DNA from: an uncultured Bacteroidales bacterium
Lineage (GTDB): Bacteria; Bacteroidota; Bacteroidia; Bacteroidales; VadinHA17
Reading direction: 5' to 3'
DNA length: 64,000 nt
Assembly: GCA_963813405.1 (NCBI GenBank)
Contig: CAWEYU010000005.1
Span: 28,122-92,121 of the forward strand
The notes under the pieces are model-generated. The model saw only the letters and a program-made list of their open reading frames with translations, was not told the origin of the DNA and made no database searches. The first letter of the stretch is position 1, and each line of letters opens with the position of its first letter. The position numbers and the translations under genes are program-made. Below, in pieces: positions 63,807 to 64,000 of the stretch.

Positions 63807-64000
63807 TTGAAGAAATTAAAAATTATAGACAACATCTCGGGATTGCAACTTTTTCAATTGCTGCGTTTTGTTGTCTTCCTCGTAGTTAGCATTGTTTTTG
63901 CGAAAAGTCATCTGACCCGGGCCGAAATTGGTTCGTGGGAGACCTTTCTCTTTATTGCCAGTCTGCTAAGCTTTTTCTGGGTCACAGGTATAATTCAGTC
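63807..64000 (+). CDS. 5-prime end of a polytopic membrane protein (possibly a Wzx-type polysaccharide flippase), truncated by the window edge
   Basis: The frame is open from 63741 to the window end. There is no in-frame ATG, so a TTG at 63807 is the candidate start (LKKLKIIDNISGLQLFQLLRFVVFLVVSIVFAKSHL...WETFLFIASLLSFFWVTG). The function guess is weak. Confidence 0.3.
   Translation, partial: MKKLKIIDNISGLQLFQLLRFVVFLVVSIVFAKSHLTRAEIGSWETFLFIASLLSFFWVTGIIQ

Overview
This is a gene-dense 64-kb chromosomal segment (about 60 CDS, one tRNA) with Bacteroidota hallmarks: a SusC/SusD PUL, porQ-cmk-ispH synteny, TAnnTTTG promoter motifs and a fused CcsBA. All product names come from motifs I read in the ORF translations; no database search was possible.

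Left third:
- nagB and its DUF4954-like neighbour.
- A REC / hybrid histidine kinase / sigma-54 activator trio.
- An 11.4-kb PUL: SusC, SusD, a LamG lipoprotein, two glucoamylase-family (GH144-like) enzymes and a GH3. I predict it targets beta-1,2-glucan.

Centre and right: an unusual concentration of c-type cytochrome genes, with 78 CXXCH motifs in 8 ORFs, interleaved with housekeeping genes (pfkA, ispH, cmk, porQ, etfBA, acyl-CoA dehydrogenase).

The stand-out is a six-gene, same-strand cluster at 22.8-31.7 kb:
- a His-rich polytopic membrane protein;
- a membrane-anchored 4Fe-4S/FAD oxidoreductase;
- three secreted multihaem cytochromes with 20, 28 and 16 CXXCH motifs;
- a 535-aa predicted outer-membrane beta-barrel.

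No catalytic reductase is present in this cluster. I interpret it as a candidate porin-cytochrome trans-envelope electron conduit with a non-canonical cytoplasmic entry module. The 28- and 16-haem paralogues are built from a 71-72-aa tri-haem module (213/216-bp DNA period) and differ by exactly four modules.

Other notable content:
- A second operon (44.6-51.2 kb) encodes a haem lipoprotein, a beta-barrel, a heptahaem cytochrome, cytochrome b, NrfC-like and NrfD-like subunits and a monohaem cytochrome c.
- A haem lipoprotein lies divergent from a Crp/Fnr regulator, with a perfect TTGAT-N4-ATCAA box between them, next to ccsBA.
- A small DUF559-endonuclease cassette with roughly 90-bp hairpin-rich inverted repeats is intact at 51.4-52.0 kb and decayed at 8.4-9.0 kb.
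- A hybrid kinase has an N-terminus of about 390 aa made of 14-residue repeats, including four perfect 42-bp tandem copies.
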